From the NCBI GenBank assembly GCA_051439505.1, contig JBFRWI010000057.1, positions 1 through 43,680 of the forward strand: a DNA stretch of 43,680 bases, written 5' to 3'. Both the position numbers and the translations under genes were made by a program. Origin of the DNA: Hormoscilla sp. (GTDB taxonomy: Bacteria; Cyanobacteriota; Cyanobacteriia; Cyanobacteriales; Desertifilaceae). Under the pieces are notes generated by a model. It did no database searches, was not told where the DNA came from, and was given only the letters and a program-made list of their open reading frames with translations. Positions 1-10,069 of the stretch are shown here, one piece after another (the stretch's first letter is position 1; each line of letters begins with the position of its first letter).

Positions 1-343
1 AATATTATTGAGAGTGCGGGCTTCCCCCTTGCGATCGCCCACTTCCCGCAGAATCGGTAAAGCTTGGTTGAAGTAATCCAACGCCTGCTGCCGTTTCCCG
101 ATGCCAGAGTAGACACTCCCAATATTAGTGAGGGTACGGGCTTCCCCCAAGCGATCGCTCACTTCCCGCAGAATCGGCAAAGCTTGGTTGTAGTAATCCA
201 ACGCCTGCTGCTGTTTCCCGATGTCAGAGTAGACACTACCAATATTATTGAGGGTGGTGGCTTCTTGTAAGGGAGCGCCCACTTCCCGGCTAATCGGCAA
301 AGCTTGGTTGAAGTAATCCAACGCCTGCTGCTGTTTCCCGATC
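1..343. repeat. 120-bp coding tandem repeat (TPR units, about 3 copies in the window)
   Basis: Units start with AATATTA at 1, 121 and 241 and share AGCTTGGTTG.AGTAATCCAACGCCTGCTG. Confidence 0.9.
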
Positions 344-615
344 TGGTGATAGTTTTTACCAAGCCCAAGCAGTACCAATGATTCAAGTTCTCTATCTGGG
401 ATTTGTCGAGCAATGGCTAGAACCTGCTGGAATGTTTCTATCGCCTGTAGTGATTGCCCTCGCTGCATCTGTTGCTCTGCAAGCTGTAGAAGTCGCAGTG
501 CTTCTTCAACCCGGGATTCTTGAGATTGCCCCCAGCCCGGTTGAGCCATCAGCGTCACCGTCACGGGAGTCATCCAAACCCCCAAAGCAAAAACACTGCT
601 TCCAATTCGTTTCAT
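1..615 (-). CDS. Tetratricopeptide-repeat protein with N-terminal signal peptide (5' part; runs off the left edge, absent from the ORF track)
   Basis: ATG at 615 preceded by GGCAGGAGAG. The frame MKRIGSSVFALGVWMTPVTVTLMAQPGWGQ... is open down to base 1. The 120-bp units translate as 40-aa TPRs (GSVYSGIGKRQQALDYFNQALPILREVGDRKGEARTLNNI). Confidence 0.9.
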   Translation of the reverse strand, partial: MKRIGSSVFALGVWMTPVTVTLMAQPGWGQSQESRVEEALRLLQLAEQQMQRGQSLQAIETFQQVLAIARQIPDRELESLVLLGLGKNYHQIGKQQQALDYFNQALPISREVGAPLQEATTLNNIGSVYSDIGKQQQALDYYNQALPILREVSDRLGEARTLTNIGSVYSGIGKRQQALDYFNQALPILREVGDRKGEARTLNNI

Positions 616-625
616 CTCTCCTGCC

Positions 626-1234
626 TTAATTTTGCCGTTGCCTTGATTGTGCCGTTGCTGTAATCTCCATCCGTCCCTCTTCTGGGTTAAACCGCATCTC
701 CTTCACCACATAGCGGCTGTAACCACTGAGGATAAGTCCCCGCATTGCACGAGGCATCCCCGATCTCCCATCGACTTCCATCACCGCTTCTGGCAATATC
801 TTGACAATGCCACGTTCGGAGTTTTCCCATTCCAATCCATCTATGCCGACTAGAAAGACCTTGTTCTTACCCTCTGCTGGCGTATCCTCTCCCCGCATGA
901 CCAAGTACCCAGTCGAATTAGGCCACCATATATCACCTTCCAGCTTGACATGGTCAATTTGGTCAATGGGAAGTGAGCCACGGCTACTCCCTTTCTTAAT
1001 TCTTAACTTTTGCCCATCCATCCCTACCACCTGACCCGATCGGGAGGTTCCATCCTCCAGCCAAACTCGTGCCTTGTTCGGCAAGGACAGGGGAATAGGG
1101 GGTTTTTCTCGTCTATTCTGGGCTACAGTGAGGATGTTGCCGTGGCTGGATGCTTCCCTGGCATCCCCCACTAGCCCCGTTACAGTCCCCAGCAGGACAA
1201 TGGCGGCGATCGTCGTCTGGAAAAATCCTTTCAT
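626..1234 (-). CDS. Hypothetical secreted protein, probably co-transcribed with the TPR gene
   Basis: 202-aa ORF with a hydrophobic signal-like N-terminus; 10-bp gap to the TPR gene. Confidence 0.75.
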   Translation of the reverse strand: MKGFFQTTIAAIVLLGTVTGLVGDAREASSHGNILTVAQNRREKPPIPLSLPNKARVWLEDGTSRSGQVVGMDGQKLRIKKGSSRGSLPIDQIDHVKLEGDIWWPNSTGYLVMRGEDTPAEGKNKVFLVGIDGLEWENSERGIVKILPEAVMEVDGRSGMPRAMRGLILSGYSRYVVKEMRFNPEEGRMEITATAQSRQRQN

Positions 1235-1324
1235 GATATTGACTTGCCTTTACACTACTATGCCCCGGACAGGCGAGACGCCCGTCCTACGAAACTGTTT
1301 CTAATATAGATTATTATTCCTTCT

Positions 1325-2197
1325 GTGTCAACATCCAACCAATCCTCGAATCTCTTAGGTAAATTTGCCAGTATCGTCGGCTTACTGGCAGCTGCCCTCT
1401 ACTTTACTGGCTGGATATATCGCTGGGTCTACTTCGGCTTTTTCCAAGTAGAGGTTACCAGCTTCGAGCTGCCCATCGAGTCATTTTTTCTCGTTCCCAT
1501 CCAGGTATTCTTTGGCAAGCTAGAGTTCGGCACCCTCTTCAGAACTATCGGAGCGCTGATTTTAACACCATTACTAATTAAACTGACCTTAGGGGTAATT
1601 CAGTTCGTCACCACCAAACCAGCCATAATTTTCATGCAGTGGCGGTGGACCCTCAGCCAATGGAGTCTGAACCAAGGACATCGTCGGATAACTCGCCTAC
1701 TGCAAAGGTTGCCACAAGTCCAGCCCATCAGTTACGATCGAACTTTCTGGAGCGAGCTAGTGGTAGTAGCTTGGGTATTAACTGTCCTATTTTTACTCGC
1801 CCGTACCCAGGGATCTATTGACGCCCGACGGGATGCGGTCAACGATACTTCTACCTTACCCGTTATCACTCTCGTCAGCAAAGAAGATAGTTTAGGATTA
1901 GGACGCCAACTCAACGACGAAACAATAGACCCCTCTGCGAAAAACTTCCGGGTAATAGGGGACAGGGGATTATACGAAAAGTTGATAGGACGAGAACTAA
2001 ACAATACAACTGACTCCAGCTCCTCCGATATCATTGTGTGGCGCTTACTGATATACAGCGACAGTCAGTTTTATATTTTCCCTACTCTTCCCAAAGACGC
2101 CCCGTCCGCAGCGCGTCCCCCAGTAGTAGTAATTAAGCACAGCGCTAGAAGCAACCAACTCATGATTCTCAGCCCCGAACCCTCCCCGCCAAAATAA
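1325..2197 (+). CDS. Hypothetical membrane protein
   Basis: 290-aa ORF (GTG start) with several hydrophobic segments. Confidence 0.75.
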   Translation: MSTSNQSSNLLGKFASIVGLLAAALYFTGWIYRWVYFGFFQVEVTSFELPIESFFLVPIQVFFGKLEFGTLFRTIGALILTPLLIKLTLGVIQFVTTKPAIIFMQWRWTLSQWSLNQGHRRITRLLQRLPQVQPISYDRTFWSELVVVAWVLTVLFLLARTQGSIDARRDAVNDTSTLPVITLVSKEDSLGLGRQLNDETIDPSAKNFRVIGDRGLYEKLIGRELNNTTDSSSSDIIVWRLLIYSDSQFYIFPTLPKDAPSAARPPVVVIKHSARSNQLMILSPEPSPPK

Positions 2198-2224
2198 TAC
2201 CAGACTGGGTTGCATCTCTTCGCT

Positions 2225-2479
2225 GTCAGCCCGCCGGGGGTTAAAACCCCCGGCTAATAGCTTAAGTGGGTTAAAACCCACTGGAAACATTGTATCGGGT
2301 GGGAGCCCTTGAAACCGGGTTTCTTTAAATATCTCGGTCCCGATGGGAAAAATCTTCATAGAAACCCTGTTTCTGGTCTGGTGATGCGATCGGGGATCGG
2401 GGTAGATCGCCCAAGAAACCGGGTTTCTGCTACAATTTAAGCGATGGAGACGATAATTTGTAAAAGAAACCCGGTTTCT
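2225..2479. repeat. Cluster of short palindromic intergenic repeats (GGGGGTTAAAACCCCC-type hairpins and four (A)GAAACC.G.TTTCT palindromes)
   Basis: GAAACCGGGTTTCT-like copies at about 2311, 2360, 2414 and 2465. Confidence 0.7.
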
Positions 2480-2600
2480 GGCCCCCACGCGATCTGTCTA
2501 CAAAAGTGATCTTGAAAATCGCCACTCCCATTTGCTTATTGTTGCCCAATAGCTACAAATTAGATCCTGGAAATTCAGTTAATACTATCGAGCCACGTAG

Positions 2601-2987
2601 TTACCACAATCGCGTAACCCTATAGGAATCAAATACATAATCCCTACTCAGAATAGGTATCTGTTCCACTATAGCCTGCGCTATAATCATCCTATCAAAA
2701 GGATCTCTATGATGCAGAGGCAGCGTAGCTACAACATCTATGTGAGCTAAATTGATAGTCTGCAACTTGATGCTGTTAGCACTGAGTTGGTGCTCTATAA
2801 ACTCTCTAAAAGGCACGCCCAAACTCAACTTGCCCGTACTTTGCTTAATTGCCATTTCCCAGACACTCGCTATACTTAGGATAATTTCGCTATCGGAATC
2901 GGAAATTAAATTCCGCGATCGCTCACTAAGTTTAGGACTGTCCGTAATGTACCAAATAAAGGTATGGGTGTCCAGCAGTAGCTTCAT
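2601..2987 (-). CDS. vapC: VapC family PIN-domain toxin
   Basis: LLLDTHTFIW start and LPLHHRDPFDRMIIAQA...ILSRD motifs. Confidence 0.93.
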   Translation of the reverse strand: MKLLLDTHTFIWYITDSPKLSERSRNLISDSDSEIILSIASVWEMAIKQSTGKLSLGVPFREFIEHQLSANSIKLQTINLAHIDVVATLPLHHRDPFDRMIIAQAIVEQIPILSRDYVFDSYRVTRLW

Positions 2988-2992
2988 TAAAT

Positions 2993-3298
2993 CTAGTCCA
3001 CAAGCGTTTTGTCACCAGTCTCCGATCTTGTCACCACCTCAATGCCTGTCGCTAGATCGCAGGCTAGCTTAACCTGAGACGATGGCACCAACTCTAGGGG
3101 CTCATCAAAATCATCGGATATCCAAATTAAACCTTTAGCACTTCCTGCTTGGCGGCGGCGTTTAGGCAAAATCGGCACTAGCTTGACCACTGGTTGGTTA
3201 TCTTTCGCAATCATCACTTCTTCGCCAGCGATCGCCTGTTCAATTAGTTCTGACAAACAAGCTTTCGCCTCAGCTATATCTAATTGGGGCATAATCAC
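2993..3298 (-). CDS. Phd/YefM-family antitoxin
   Basis: EAKACLSELIEQAIAGEEVMIAKDNQPVVKLVP...GSAKGLIWISDDFDEPLE; lies directly upstream of vapC. Confidence 0.88.
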   Translation of the reverse strand: MIMPQLDIAEAKACLSELIEQAIAGEEVMIAKDNQPVVKLVPILPKRRRQAGSAKGLIWISDDFDEPLELVPSSQVKLACDLATGIEVVTRSETGDKTLVD

Positions 3299-3817
3299 AT
3301 CCTCTCCTGGTTCTTATCTCATATCATAGCTCATTTCTACACTGATTGTACCACTCAATTCCGTTTTTGACTTGATTATTTCATAATCCCGACCATAATC
3401 AGTTTCTTGTGCTCTCTAGCGCTGCACAAGCAATACAGAGTTCGGAGTTATTTTTTTAATTACCATTATTTTTTATTCTACCACAAGTAGACAATATTGT
3501 CAAATAAAAGCCCGATCGCCCGAACCTAAAGTGCTGAGGACAAACGGAGCGATCGCCTTTTTGCAGGGCAGCAACGAAGATGCTTGTCATTAGTCCGGCG
3601 GGTGACCTTTCCGGAGTGGCAGCTGCCAAGATACCGGTCTGGGGGGCGATCGCCCCCTAGCCAGTTAGGCCGCGCAGTATCCTCGACAGAGGTGATATAA
3701 TTAGGAGACTAGCAGATTGTGACTAACTAAGGAAACAGGGCCCGATCGGTTGCGATCGCCTGCCAAAAATGGTAGTATAGGTTAAAGGCAGTTGACAAGC
3801 ACGCATTCAGAGGAATC

Positions 3818-4339
3818 ATGACTAGAACAAGTATGAATCGGAGATCCACCAAACAGGAATCTTTCCCAATCAATTATACAAATATGGCAATTATGGCAGG
3901 TATATTTATTGTGGGAATAGGCGTGGGCATTGCCGTTTCCTCTACAACTACCTTTACCCCAGAGAATGTCGCGTCTCGTGACTTTATTGACCGCAGCGTG
4001 GCCAACCCGGAACTCTGCGTTCAGTATGGCGCCAGTGCTATGGTAATGGATTCTAGACTCTATGTTACGCTCAATCCTTTCAGTGTCTATATTTCCCAGC
4101 CAATTATGCAGCCAGGATGTGTTTTGCGCCGCAACAACTGGGCAATTCTAGAGCAAAGAAAGCTGGTGACGCGAGAGCAAGTGAGTGATTGTAAAAATCG
4201 GATGAACACTTTTGGTTTTACTGGCAATATTGAGGCTTCACCCAAAATTAGTTGCATTTACCAAAACGATAACGCCGAAAACTTCTTCCTCAATCAACCT
4301 GGCACGGGAATACCGGCATCGGAAACTCAAAACTTCTAG
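3818..4339 (+). CDS. DUF3172-family cyanobacterial protein
   Basis: N-terminal TM helix and NPELCVQYGASAMVMD...GCVLRRNNWAILEQRKL...CKNRMNTFGFTG. Confidence 0.85.
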   Translation: MTRTSMNRRSTKQESFPINYTNMAIMAGIFIVGIGVGIAVSSTTTFTPENVASRDFIDRSVANPELCVQYGASAMVMDSRLYVTLNPFSVYISQPIMQPGCVLRRNNWAILEQRKLVTREQVSDCKNRMNTFGFTGNIEASPKISCIYQNDNAENFFLNQPGTGIPASETQNF

Positions 4340-4577
4340 TGATAAGGGCGGCGATCGGGGCTGACTGGATAAGCTGTCGCGCATTTAAATTGCATGGAGC
4401 CAAATCCTGAAACCCTTGCACTCAAATATTTTCTCAATTTTGAATTCTGAATTTTGAATTTTGAATTGCTTAGACCGGTGTTAACTCAGCTCCCGAGGGG
4501 CGATCCCCATATACCCCCTCAACGGCGATCGCCCTTCACAGTCAAACAGGGAGATAGTACATAAACCAGATTATTTA

Positions 4578-4593
4578 CGTGATCTAGCTCACA
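4578..4593. promoter_or_regulatory. Candidate CRP-family binding site
   Basis: CGTGA-TCTAGC-TCACA has one mismatch to TGTGA-N6-TCACA and lies about 100 bp upstream of the PAS kinase. Confidence 0.4.
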
Positions 4594-4691
4594 GGTAAGA
4601 GCACAATAGATCACAAAGATTTGATGAAAAAGTCACGAAGGGGTGAAAAGAAAAGTAGAACAATGAGATTAAGAAATATAAATCAATAAAA

Positions 4692-6161
4692 ATGCGGTTT
4701 GCCATGTTAATCAGCAGAAGTGGTACAAGAGACTGCCCTCAGTGGATGAAATTATTAAAAGAAGTACGAGAGATCCTCCTAGGTAGCCCCAGGCAGCTGA
4801 CAAGGGTAAAGCAGGAATTAGCTCGTGAAAGGGCTCGAAGGCAGCGGGTAGAAGAGGCGCTGCAGGAAACAGAAGCAAAATATCGCAGTATTTTTGAGAA
4901 CGCGATCGAGGGCATGTTTCAGACAACGCCTGCCGGTTACTATATGATCGCCAATCCGGCTCTGGCCCGCATTTATGGCTACAGTTCCCCAGAGGAACTG
5001 AAAACTCATCTGAGGGATATAAACCATCAACTCTACGTCGATCCCAACCGGCGTGCCGAGTTTATGAAGTCCCTAGAGCAAGACGGCTATGTATCGGGAT
5101 TTGAATCTCAAGTATATCGCGCGGATGGCAGCATCATCTGGATTTCAGAAAGTGCCCGTGCAGTTTGTGGTGCCACGGGTGAATTACTATACTACGAAGG
5201 CACTGCGGAAGATGTCACAGATCGCAAGCAGGCGGAAGTGGTATTAAGGCGATCGGAAGCAAAATTTAGAGAACAAGCAGCCCAGCTAGAGGAAGCTTTA
5301 CACCAACTCCAACGCACCCAGGACTCACTGGCGAAGACGGAAAAAATGTCCTCTCTGGGGGAACTGGTGGCGGGTGTGGCTCATGAAATCAAAAATCCTG
5401 TCAGTTTTGTCTGCGGCAATATTACCCACGCAATTGACTATGTCCAAGATCTACTTTACCTGATTAGCCTCTATCAACAGCATTATCCTCGGCCAGTAGA
5501 GCCGATCGCCCAGGCGAGTGAAGAGATGGATTTAGAATTCGCCATGTCAGATTTACCCAAAACCCTGGAATCTATGCAAGTGGGGGCAGACCGGATCCAC
5601 CAGATAGTCCTGAGTCTGCGGAACTTCTCTCATAATGATGAAACTCTCAAGAGACCAGTCGATATTCATCAGGGGATTGACAGCACCTTACTAATTCTGC
5701 AAAATCGCCTGAAACGCACATCAGGTCATCAAGAGATTGAAATTTGTAAAGAATACGGCGACCTCCCCTTGGTGGAATGTTATGGGGGGCAAATGAATCA
5801 GGTATTTATGAATATCCTCAGTAATGCTATCGATGCCCTAGAGGAGGCCCAGGATAGAAAGGACGTACAATGCCCCAGTCCCAAGATTAATATTCGCACT
5901 AGGGTTGTGGATGGACATAGGGTGCTGATTTCAATTGCTGACAATGGACCGGGGATCCCACCAGCGGTCAGCCAGCGGCTATTTGATTCCTTCTTTACAA
6001 CTAAACCCGTGGGCAAAGGTACTGGTATGGGATTGTCAATTAGTCACCAGATTATTGTGGAAAAACATGGCGGTAAATTAAATTGTATTTCTACACCCGG
6101 GCAGGGAGCTGAGTTTGCGATCTCGATTCCCATTAAAGCAGAATCAAAAGAAAAGGAGTAA
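4692..6161 (+). CDS. PAS-domain sensor histidine kinase
   Basis: PAS (YRSIFENAIEGMFQTT), H-box GVAHEIKNP, N-box NILSNAIDA, G-boxes DNGPGI and GKGTGMGL. Confidence 0.93.
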   Translation: MRFAMLISRSGTRDCPQWMKLLKEVREILLGSPRQLTRVKQELARERARRQRVEEALQETEAKYRSIFENAIEGMFQTTPAGYYMIANPALARIYGYSSPEELKTHLRDINHQLYVDPNRRAEFMKSLEQDGYVSGFESQVYRADGSIIWISESARAVCGATGELLYYEGTAEDVTDRKQAEVVLRRSEAKFREQAAQLEEALHQLQRTQDSLAKTEKMSSLGELVAGVAHEIKNPVSFVCGNITHAIDYVQDLLYLISLYQQHYPRPVEPIAQASEEMDLEFAMSDLPKTLESMQVGADRIHQIVLSLRNFSHNDETLKRPVDIHQGIDSTLLILQNRLKRTSGHQEIEICKEYGDLPLVECYGGQMNQVFMNILSNAIDALEEAQDRKDVQCPSPKINIRTRVVDGHRVLISIADNGPGIPPAVSQRLFDSFFTTKPVGKGTGMGLSISHQIIVEKHGGKLNCISTPGQGAEFAISIPIKAESKEKE

Positions 6162-6165
6162 ATCC

Positions 6166-6831
6166 ATGAGCGATAATCTGGATGCCAGCAGTCTGACTCT
6201 GGAAGAAGTTTATCAGCTGTTCAAGTTTGAAGAGAGTTTAAATGACGATATCTCTTCAAAACTTTCCCTGGAACCTCTCGCGGAGTTTGAACAGCAGGAA
6301 GTCTTGAAACTCCGCGAGGTTTTTCGGAGTTATTATAATGCTGGTAAAGTTTCTGAAGGACAAATAAGACTACTTCCTATTGCTCAATTACTGTGGTTCT
6401 CTGGTTTCTATCATCCTAAAATAAAAATCATTCTGGAAGAGGATATTACACAAACTTACGTCGAAGATATAGATACAATTATTAAAGGAAGAATGGATAT
6501 TTTGGCAGTAACCAGAGTCCAGGAAAATATGAAAGTTACGCCTTTGTGGATTTTGTTGATAGCAACTAAACATAGTACGGTTAATACCTTAGAGGGTTTA
6601 CCACAACTGCTGACTTATGCCTATAAAAGCCTGTTAGAACAAGCATCTGTCTGGGGACTGACTACCAACGGACTAAATTATCAGTTCGTTTATCTCGAAC
6701 GAGGGGATGAACGATCGACCTATCAACTATTTCCAGAACTTAGCCTGATACGCCCCCAACAGTCAATCCAATTGCTGCAAGTTCTCAAGGCTATCTGTAA
6801 GTTACACTTGATGAGTCCTATCCGGGTTTAA
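6166..6831 (+). CDS. Stand-alone HsdR-N-like / PD-(D/E)xK restriction endonuclease-fold protein
   Basis: ATG at 6166 after AAGGAG; motifs IIKGRMDILAV...GLPQLLTYAY...VWGLTTNGLNYQF. Confidence 0.75.
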   Translation: MSDNLDASSLTLEEVYQLFKFEESLNDDISSKLSLEPLAEFEQQEVLKLREVFRSYYNAGKVSEGQIRLLPIAQLLWFSGFYHPKIKIILEEDITQTYVEDIDTIIKGRMDILAVTRVQENMKVTPLWILLIATKHSTVNTLEGLPQLLTYAYKSLLEQASVWGLTTNGLNYQFVYLERGDERSTYQLFPELSLIRPQQSIQLLQVLKAICKLHLMSPIRV

Positions 6832-9800
6832 ACCACTGATAACAAACCAGTTCGATGTCCCGTGCCTTAATCATTGCCAAGGGGCTCACATTATCTTCAT
6901 CTTCCAACGGATAATAAAGCTCTTCGTCAACAAACAACTCATCCAAATCAGAAAGTAGCCCGTAAAAATCCCCATTGTCCACATATTTTTCCCAGATCGG
7001 CTTCATGTCTCGCTCGTAAGTACGGATATTGCCAGTTTTGATTAATTTCAGCACCCGTGCTTTAACTTCCTGATATTCTGGATCTAGGTTCTGTTGAGTC
7101 AGAACGTAGTGAATTTTTTCCAACAGTTTGGTCAACTTAGGAGCTATTCTACTGCTAGTTTGTTGCCGCTTGCAGTCCTGTAGTAAATTATCCACCGCTC
7201 TTGGTAAAATGTCAAAGATGGCGTTATCAAAGGGTACCGGCTCCATCCGATCGGGATTGGGAAAGTCGGAAGCGTTGCATCTCAGCCAATTAAATATTTT
7301 CCGCTTCTGACTCAGGCGATCGCCTATTTTAGTAGAGATAGTCCCGTTAATGCGAGGGTAGAAGTGCCAGAAATGTCGGTCTCCCACGCGGAAGGCAAGA
7401 AACAGACCATCTAGATCCGGAACGTCGGTGCGGGTGCTGTGAATTCCCAAAGGAATCTCCTCCGCAGCTTCCGCACCAACCTGTTGCAGAAACTCGATTA
7501 AAGGAAAGCGCATTTCGTCGAGAGAAACCAAATCTGCTGCTAACTCCAATTCTTCCAGAATTTCTGCTTTCTCCGCATCAGTTTCTGCTTGCTTGAGTCG
7601 CCGCAGTTCTTCCAGAGATTTCTCCGAGATTACTTCTCCCAACACGCTGCCATCTAATCCTACTGTTTCGTCAATGTCCGCAATCCGTTTTTGCAATCTG
7701 GCGACCAATCCCAACAATTCCTCTAGACCTTCTTCGGGAAAGCAGTTATAAATGAATAGCTCTTCATAGTTGGTGCCGATGCGATCGATCCTACCAGCCC
7801 GCTGAATCATCCGCACCGGGTTCCAGTGCAGGTCATAGTTCACCAAAACTCCCGCATCTTGCAGGTTTTGTCCTTCGGAAAGCACGTCGGTACAAATTAG
7901 GATATCGATTTCTTTACTTTGATATTCTTTTAGTTCCTCGTCGTTTTCACAGTTAGACAAGGGCGCAAAACACTTGACTTTTTCCTGTCGCTGCTTGCTT
8001 TTCGTATCGCCAGTCAGCAGGTCGATGGTTAGTTGTCGTCCCTTTACCTGCATTGACTCTAACCATTCTCGATCTTTGAGCAGTTGACCGTGCAAATATT
8101 TAGCAGTATCCTTGAAGTAACTGAACGCCAAAATTTTCTGCCCCTGGAGGCGACCCTTCAACAACTCTTTGAAGGCTAACAGCTTGCGATCTGACTCTTG
8201 AGAGCGTTCCACTGCTGCTTTAATCTGCTTCAGGACGTCTAGGATGCCTTCGAGAATTTCCATATCAGAGGCGATCGCCTGTTGCAGTGCATCAGTCCGA
8301 TATCCCTGGGGGTCAATTTCATCCAGAGATGAAATCAACTCCTCAATAGCGGTCGTTTCATCTTCATCCGTCTCCACTGCCAAAATCTTGCGAAACTTTT
8401 TACTTTCCAGCAGTTTCCCCTCTTGCAGGTATTGCTCGAACCTTTGCTGGAACTGCATCTGATAGCTGAGGCTATTTTCAAAAGCAATCAGCGAACTTTC
8501 CAGCCGCTTCAAATACAGAGTTTTCATCAGCGCCACCACAGCTTCATTCCGCTTTACCCGCGCTCGATCCTGCCGGTCCTTGCTTTTCTTAAAGTACCGG
8601 ATATTGTAAGGAGCAAAATGTAGTCTATCGATCTGATTGGCGATGCCTGCGTATAGTCCCTGGAAGCTGTCTTCAAAATTATAGGTAAAATTGGACAGTT
8701 GGCGCTTAGGAAAATGAATCTCCTGGCCACCGATTGCAATTTTATCTCCTGCCTGCTGTCGCTTAATCACGTCTTGGCGACTGCGCCGCACCATTGTTTG
8801 CAGCAGCAGTTCCGTGATGTCCATAACCCCTTTATCCACCAGTTGGAAGTAGCTTTTGAGGTTAGTAATGCCCCATTCGCGGTAGTAGGTTTCGCTGTTG
8901 CGGGTTAACAGTAGCATTTGGTGATAAAGGTCATAGATGCTGTTGTTAATCGGCGTAGCAGTCAGCAGCACTACCCGTTTATTGCGCTTGCCACTGCTGA
9001 TTAACCGCTGGAGATTGCGATAGCGATTTGTGGCCGAATTGCGGAAGTTGTGGGATTCATCGACAACCATGATATCGTGCTTGCTGTAGCGACGGACATT
9101 GAATTCTTGGCGACTAATCTCTTCCTGGGAAACCACATCAGCTTTGATGCCAAATTCATCTAATTTCTTCAACCACACTAGCTGTCGCAGTTGTGCCGGG
9201 CAAACTATCAGGGCGCGGGGGATATAACCTTGGCCTTTGTCTTTAGCCAGATAATGTTCGATCAATCGCAAGGCGATGTAGGTTTTCCCTAAACCTACAG
9301 AATCTGCTACCATAACCCCTTGATGGCGTTCCAATAGTTTGACCGATCGTTCGTAGCCTTCCTGCTGGAAACTAGCCAGTTCCAGGACCGTGCGATCGCC
9401 TGCTTCCCTTGCCGTATCTGACTTAAATAATTCGTACAAAGCCTTGATAAATATCTGATAAGGGGTATAGGGCTTGCTGCCAAACTTCGAGCTTTCCAGG
9501 GTATCTATCAGCTTAGTTTTGTAATCTTTGTCAACCGTCGGATGATTCCAGAATTTATCGAACCAGTTGTTGCGAAGGTCTTCAGCAATACTTGGCTGTT
9601 TGTTTACCACATTCAGCTCCGTGTTACCATTTAAACCCGATGGGGTAAAGTTACTGGAACCGATAATGCTATAGTTGTCAAAGATGTAAGCTTTGGCGTG
9701 AAAAAATTGGCTGTTGTCATAGAGGCGGACGTGAATACGATCTTGACGCAGATAGGCAATCAGTCTGTCAATTCTCTGCTTGTATTCTCGATTATAGGGT

Positions 9801-10069
9801 TCTCCTTCCAGCAGCAGTTGCTGTTCGCGGCGGTAGTATTGTTGCAAGTCAATGCGCGATCGCTCTGCGGGTTGAATAGCGGGGTCGCGCCCAATAAGCA
9901 GACGCAAGCTAGTCAGGTTGTAAAAAGCTGCTTCGACCCTTACCCATGCTTCCATGCGGAAAAATCCCGTAGCAATGTCCAGGCGAGTCTGGTTCTCGTG
10001 CAGAATAAATTCTCGGAGAACAGCTTCTAGTTTATTTTGAACGTTGTCTATGTAATCTGGAATTGCCAT
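6818..10069 (-). CDS. PLD-nuclease / SNF2-type superfamily II helicase fusion (restriction/defence-associated type)
   Basis: HKD-like FHAKAYIFD...GSSN; Walker A ADSVGLGKT; Walker B VVDESHNFRN; TATP; SEGQNLQ...YDLHWNPVRMIQRAGRIDRIG. Confidence 0.92.
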   Translation of the reverse strand: MAIPDYIDNVQNKLEAVLREFILHENQTRLDIATGFFRMEAWVRVEAAFYNLTSLRLLIGRDPAIQPAERSRIDLQQYYRREQQLLLEGEPYNREYKQRIDRLIAYLRQDRIHVRLYDNSQFFHAKAYIFDNYSIIGSSNFTPSGLNGNTELNVVNKQPSIAEDLRNNWFDKFWNHPTVDKDYKTKLIDTLESSKFGSKPYTPYQIFIKALYELFKSDTAREAGDRTVLELASFQQEGYERSVKLLERHQGVMVADSVGLGKTYIALRLIEHYLAKDKGQGYIPRALIVCPAQLRQLVWLKKLDEFGIKADVVSQEEISRQEFNVRRYSKHDIMVVDESHNFRNSATNRYRNLQRLISSGKRNKRVVLLTATPINNSIYDLYHQMLLLTRNSETYYREWGITNLKSYFQLVDKGVMDITELLLQTMVRRSRQDVIKRQQAGDKIAIGGQEIHFPKRQLSNFTYNFEDSFQGLYAGIANQIDRLHFAPYNIRYFKKSKDRQDRARVKRNEAVVALMKTLYLKRLESSLIAFENSLSYQMQFQQRFEQYLQEGKLLESKKFRKILAVETDEDETTAIEELISSLDEIDPQGYRTDALQQAIASDMEILEGILDVLKQIKAAVERSQESDRKLLAFKELLKGRLQGQKILAFSYFKDTAKYLHGQLLKDREWLESMQVKGRQLTIDLLTGDTKSKQRQEKVKCFAPLSNCENDEELKEYQSKEIDILICTDVLSEGQNLQDAGVLVNYDLHWNPVRMIQRAGRIDRIGTNYEELFIYNCFPEEGLEELLGLVARLQKRIADIDETVGLDGSVLGEVISEKSLEELRRLKQAETDAEKAEILEELELAADLVSLDEMRFPLIEFLQQVGAEAAEEIPLGIHSTRTDVPDLDGLFLAFRVGDRHFWHFYPRINGTISTKIGDRLSQKRKIFNWLRCNASDFPNPDRMEPVPFDNAIFDILPRAVDNLLQDCKRQQTSSRIAPKLTKLLEKIHYVLTQQNLDPEYQEVKARVLKLIKTGNIRTYERDMKPIWEKYVDNGDFYGLLSDLDELFVDEELYYPLEDEDNVSPLAMIKARDIELVCYQWFKPG

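Noticed and set aside
64..629. Short ORFs listed in the track over the first 630 bp
   Set aside because: Antisense or off-frame shadows of the minus-strand TPR gene.
3500..3800. Riboswitch or ncRNA in the GC-rich intergenic region
   Set aside because: I could not match it to any RNA family consensus I know; the hairpins are largely explained by HIP1 sites.
4371..4470. MITE starting at AGCTGTCGCGCATTTAAATTG
   Set aside because: It looks like a repeat end followed by TGAATTT heptamers, but I found no matching inverted end or TSD.
6818..10069. Complete DISARM, BREX or type III RM system
   Set aside because: No methyltransferase or other core partner genes are present in the window.
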